This document shows positions 63,860 through 64,000 of a stretch of 64,000 nt of DNA, one piece after another; within the stretch, counting starts at the first letter, position 1, and each line of letters starts with the position of its first letter. A program made the translations under genes and the position numbers. The DNA comes from Heteronotia binoei (Eukaryota): the NCBI RefSeq assembly GCF_032191835.1, contig NC_083228.1:59458001-59522000 (forward strand), in the 5' to 3' direction. The notes beneath the pieces are model-generated. The model saw only the letters and a program-made list of their open reading frames with translations, did not search any database and had not been told where the DNA came from.

Positions 63860-64000
63860 TTCTAAATCCATTGACATCAGTGGGCTTAGAAAGGCACACC
63901 TCTGCTTAGCACTGCATTGCTAGTCTCGTAATGTTGCTTCTCCAAACCCACAGCCAGAGCAATATGTATTCTAAGATTCCACCATCACGACTGACAGAAC

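Larger units (their letters stand above)
63163..63919. mobile_element. Older hairpin MITE interrupted by the TERT-carrying hAT element
   Basis: Removing 63199-63867 restores CAATGCAATCCTGAACAGAGTTATACCATTCTAAATCCATTGACATCAGTGGGCTTAGAAAGG...CACTGCATTG, an imperfect inverted repeat. Confidence 0.7.

Noticed and set aside
63204-63923. The genuine telomerase gene
   Set aside because: Only about 95 codons of TEN homology. It lacks the true N-terminus and everything after PNS.TE, and is enclosed by TIRs and an exact TSD.

Overview
Vertebrate nuclear DNA, CpG-depleted and rich in transposable elements. The repeat repertoire (Sauria SINE, 5S- and tRNA-derived SINEs, CR1/L2/RTE LINE fragments, TAGGG/CAGGG hAT MITEs) points to a squamate, probably a gecko (inference). 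There are four N gaps (7534-7724, 32831-33086, 35393-35604, 44938-45189). I found no convincing intact host gene, and most listed ORFs are spurious or TE-derived. The window is dominated by non-autonomous hAT elements with checkable TIRs and 8-bp target-site duplications, including a nested complex at about 41.0-49.3 kb. The main finding is two captured host-gene 5' fragments. (1) A 661-bp hAT element (63199-63859, TSD TTCTAAAT) carries the exon 1/exon 2 region of telomerase reverse transcriptase (TERT TEN domain) in an open frame. (2) A CpG-decayed copy of GAB1/GAB2 coding exon 1 lies at 34831-34914 (minus strand) in another GC-rich island. Together they suggest Pack-type capture of GC-rich first exons by DNA transposons. 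Gene identities come from recalled human and chicken sequences compared by eye, not from a database search.
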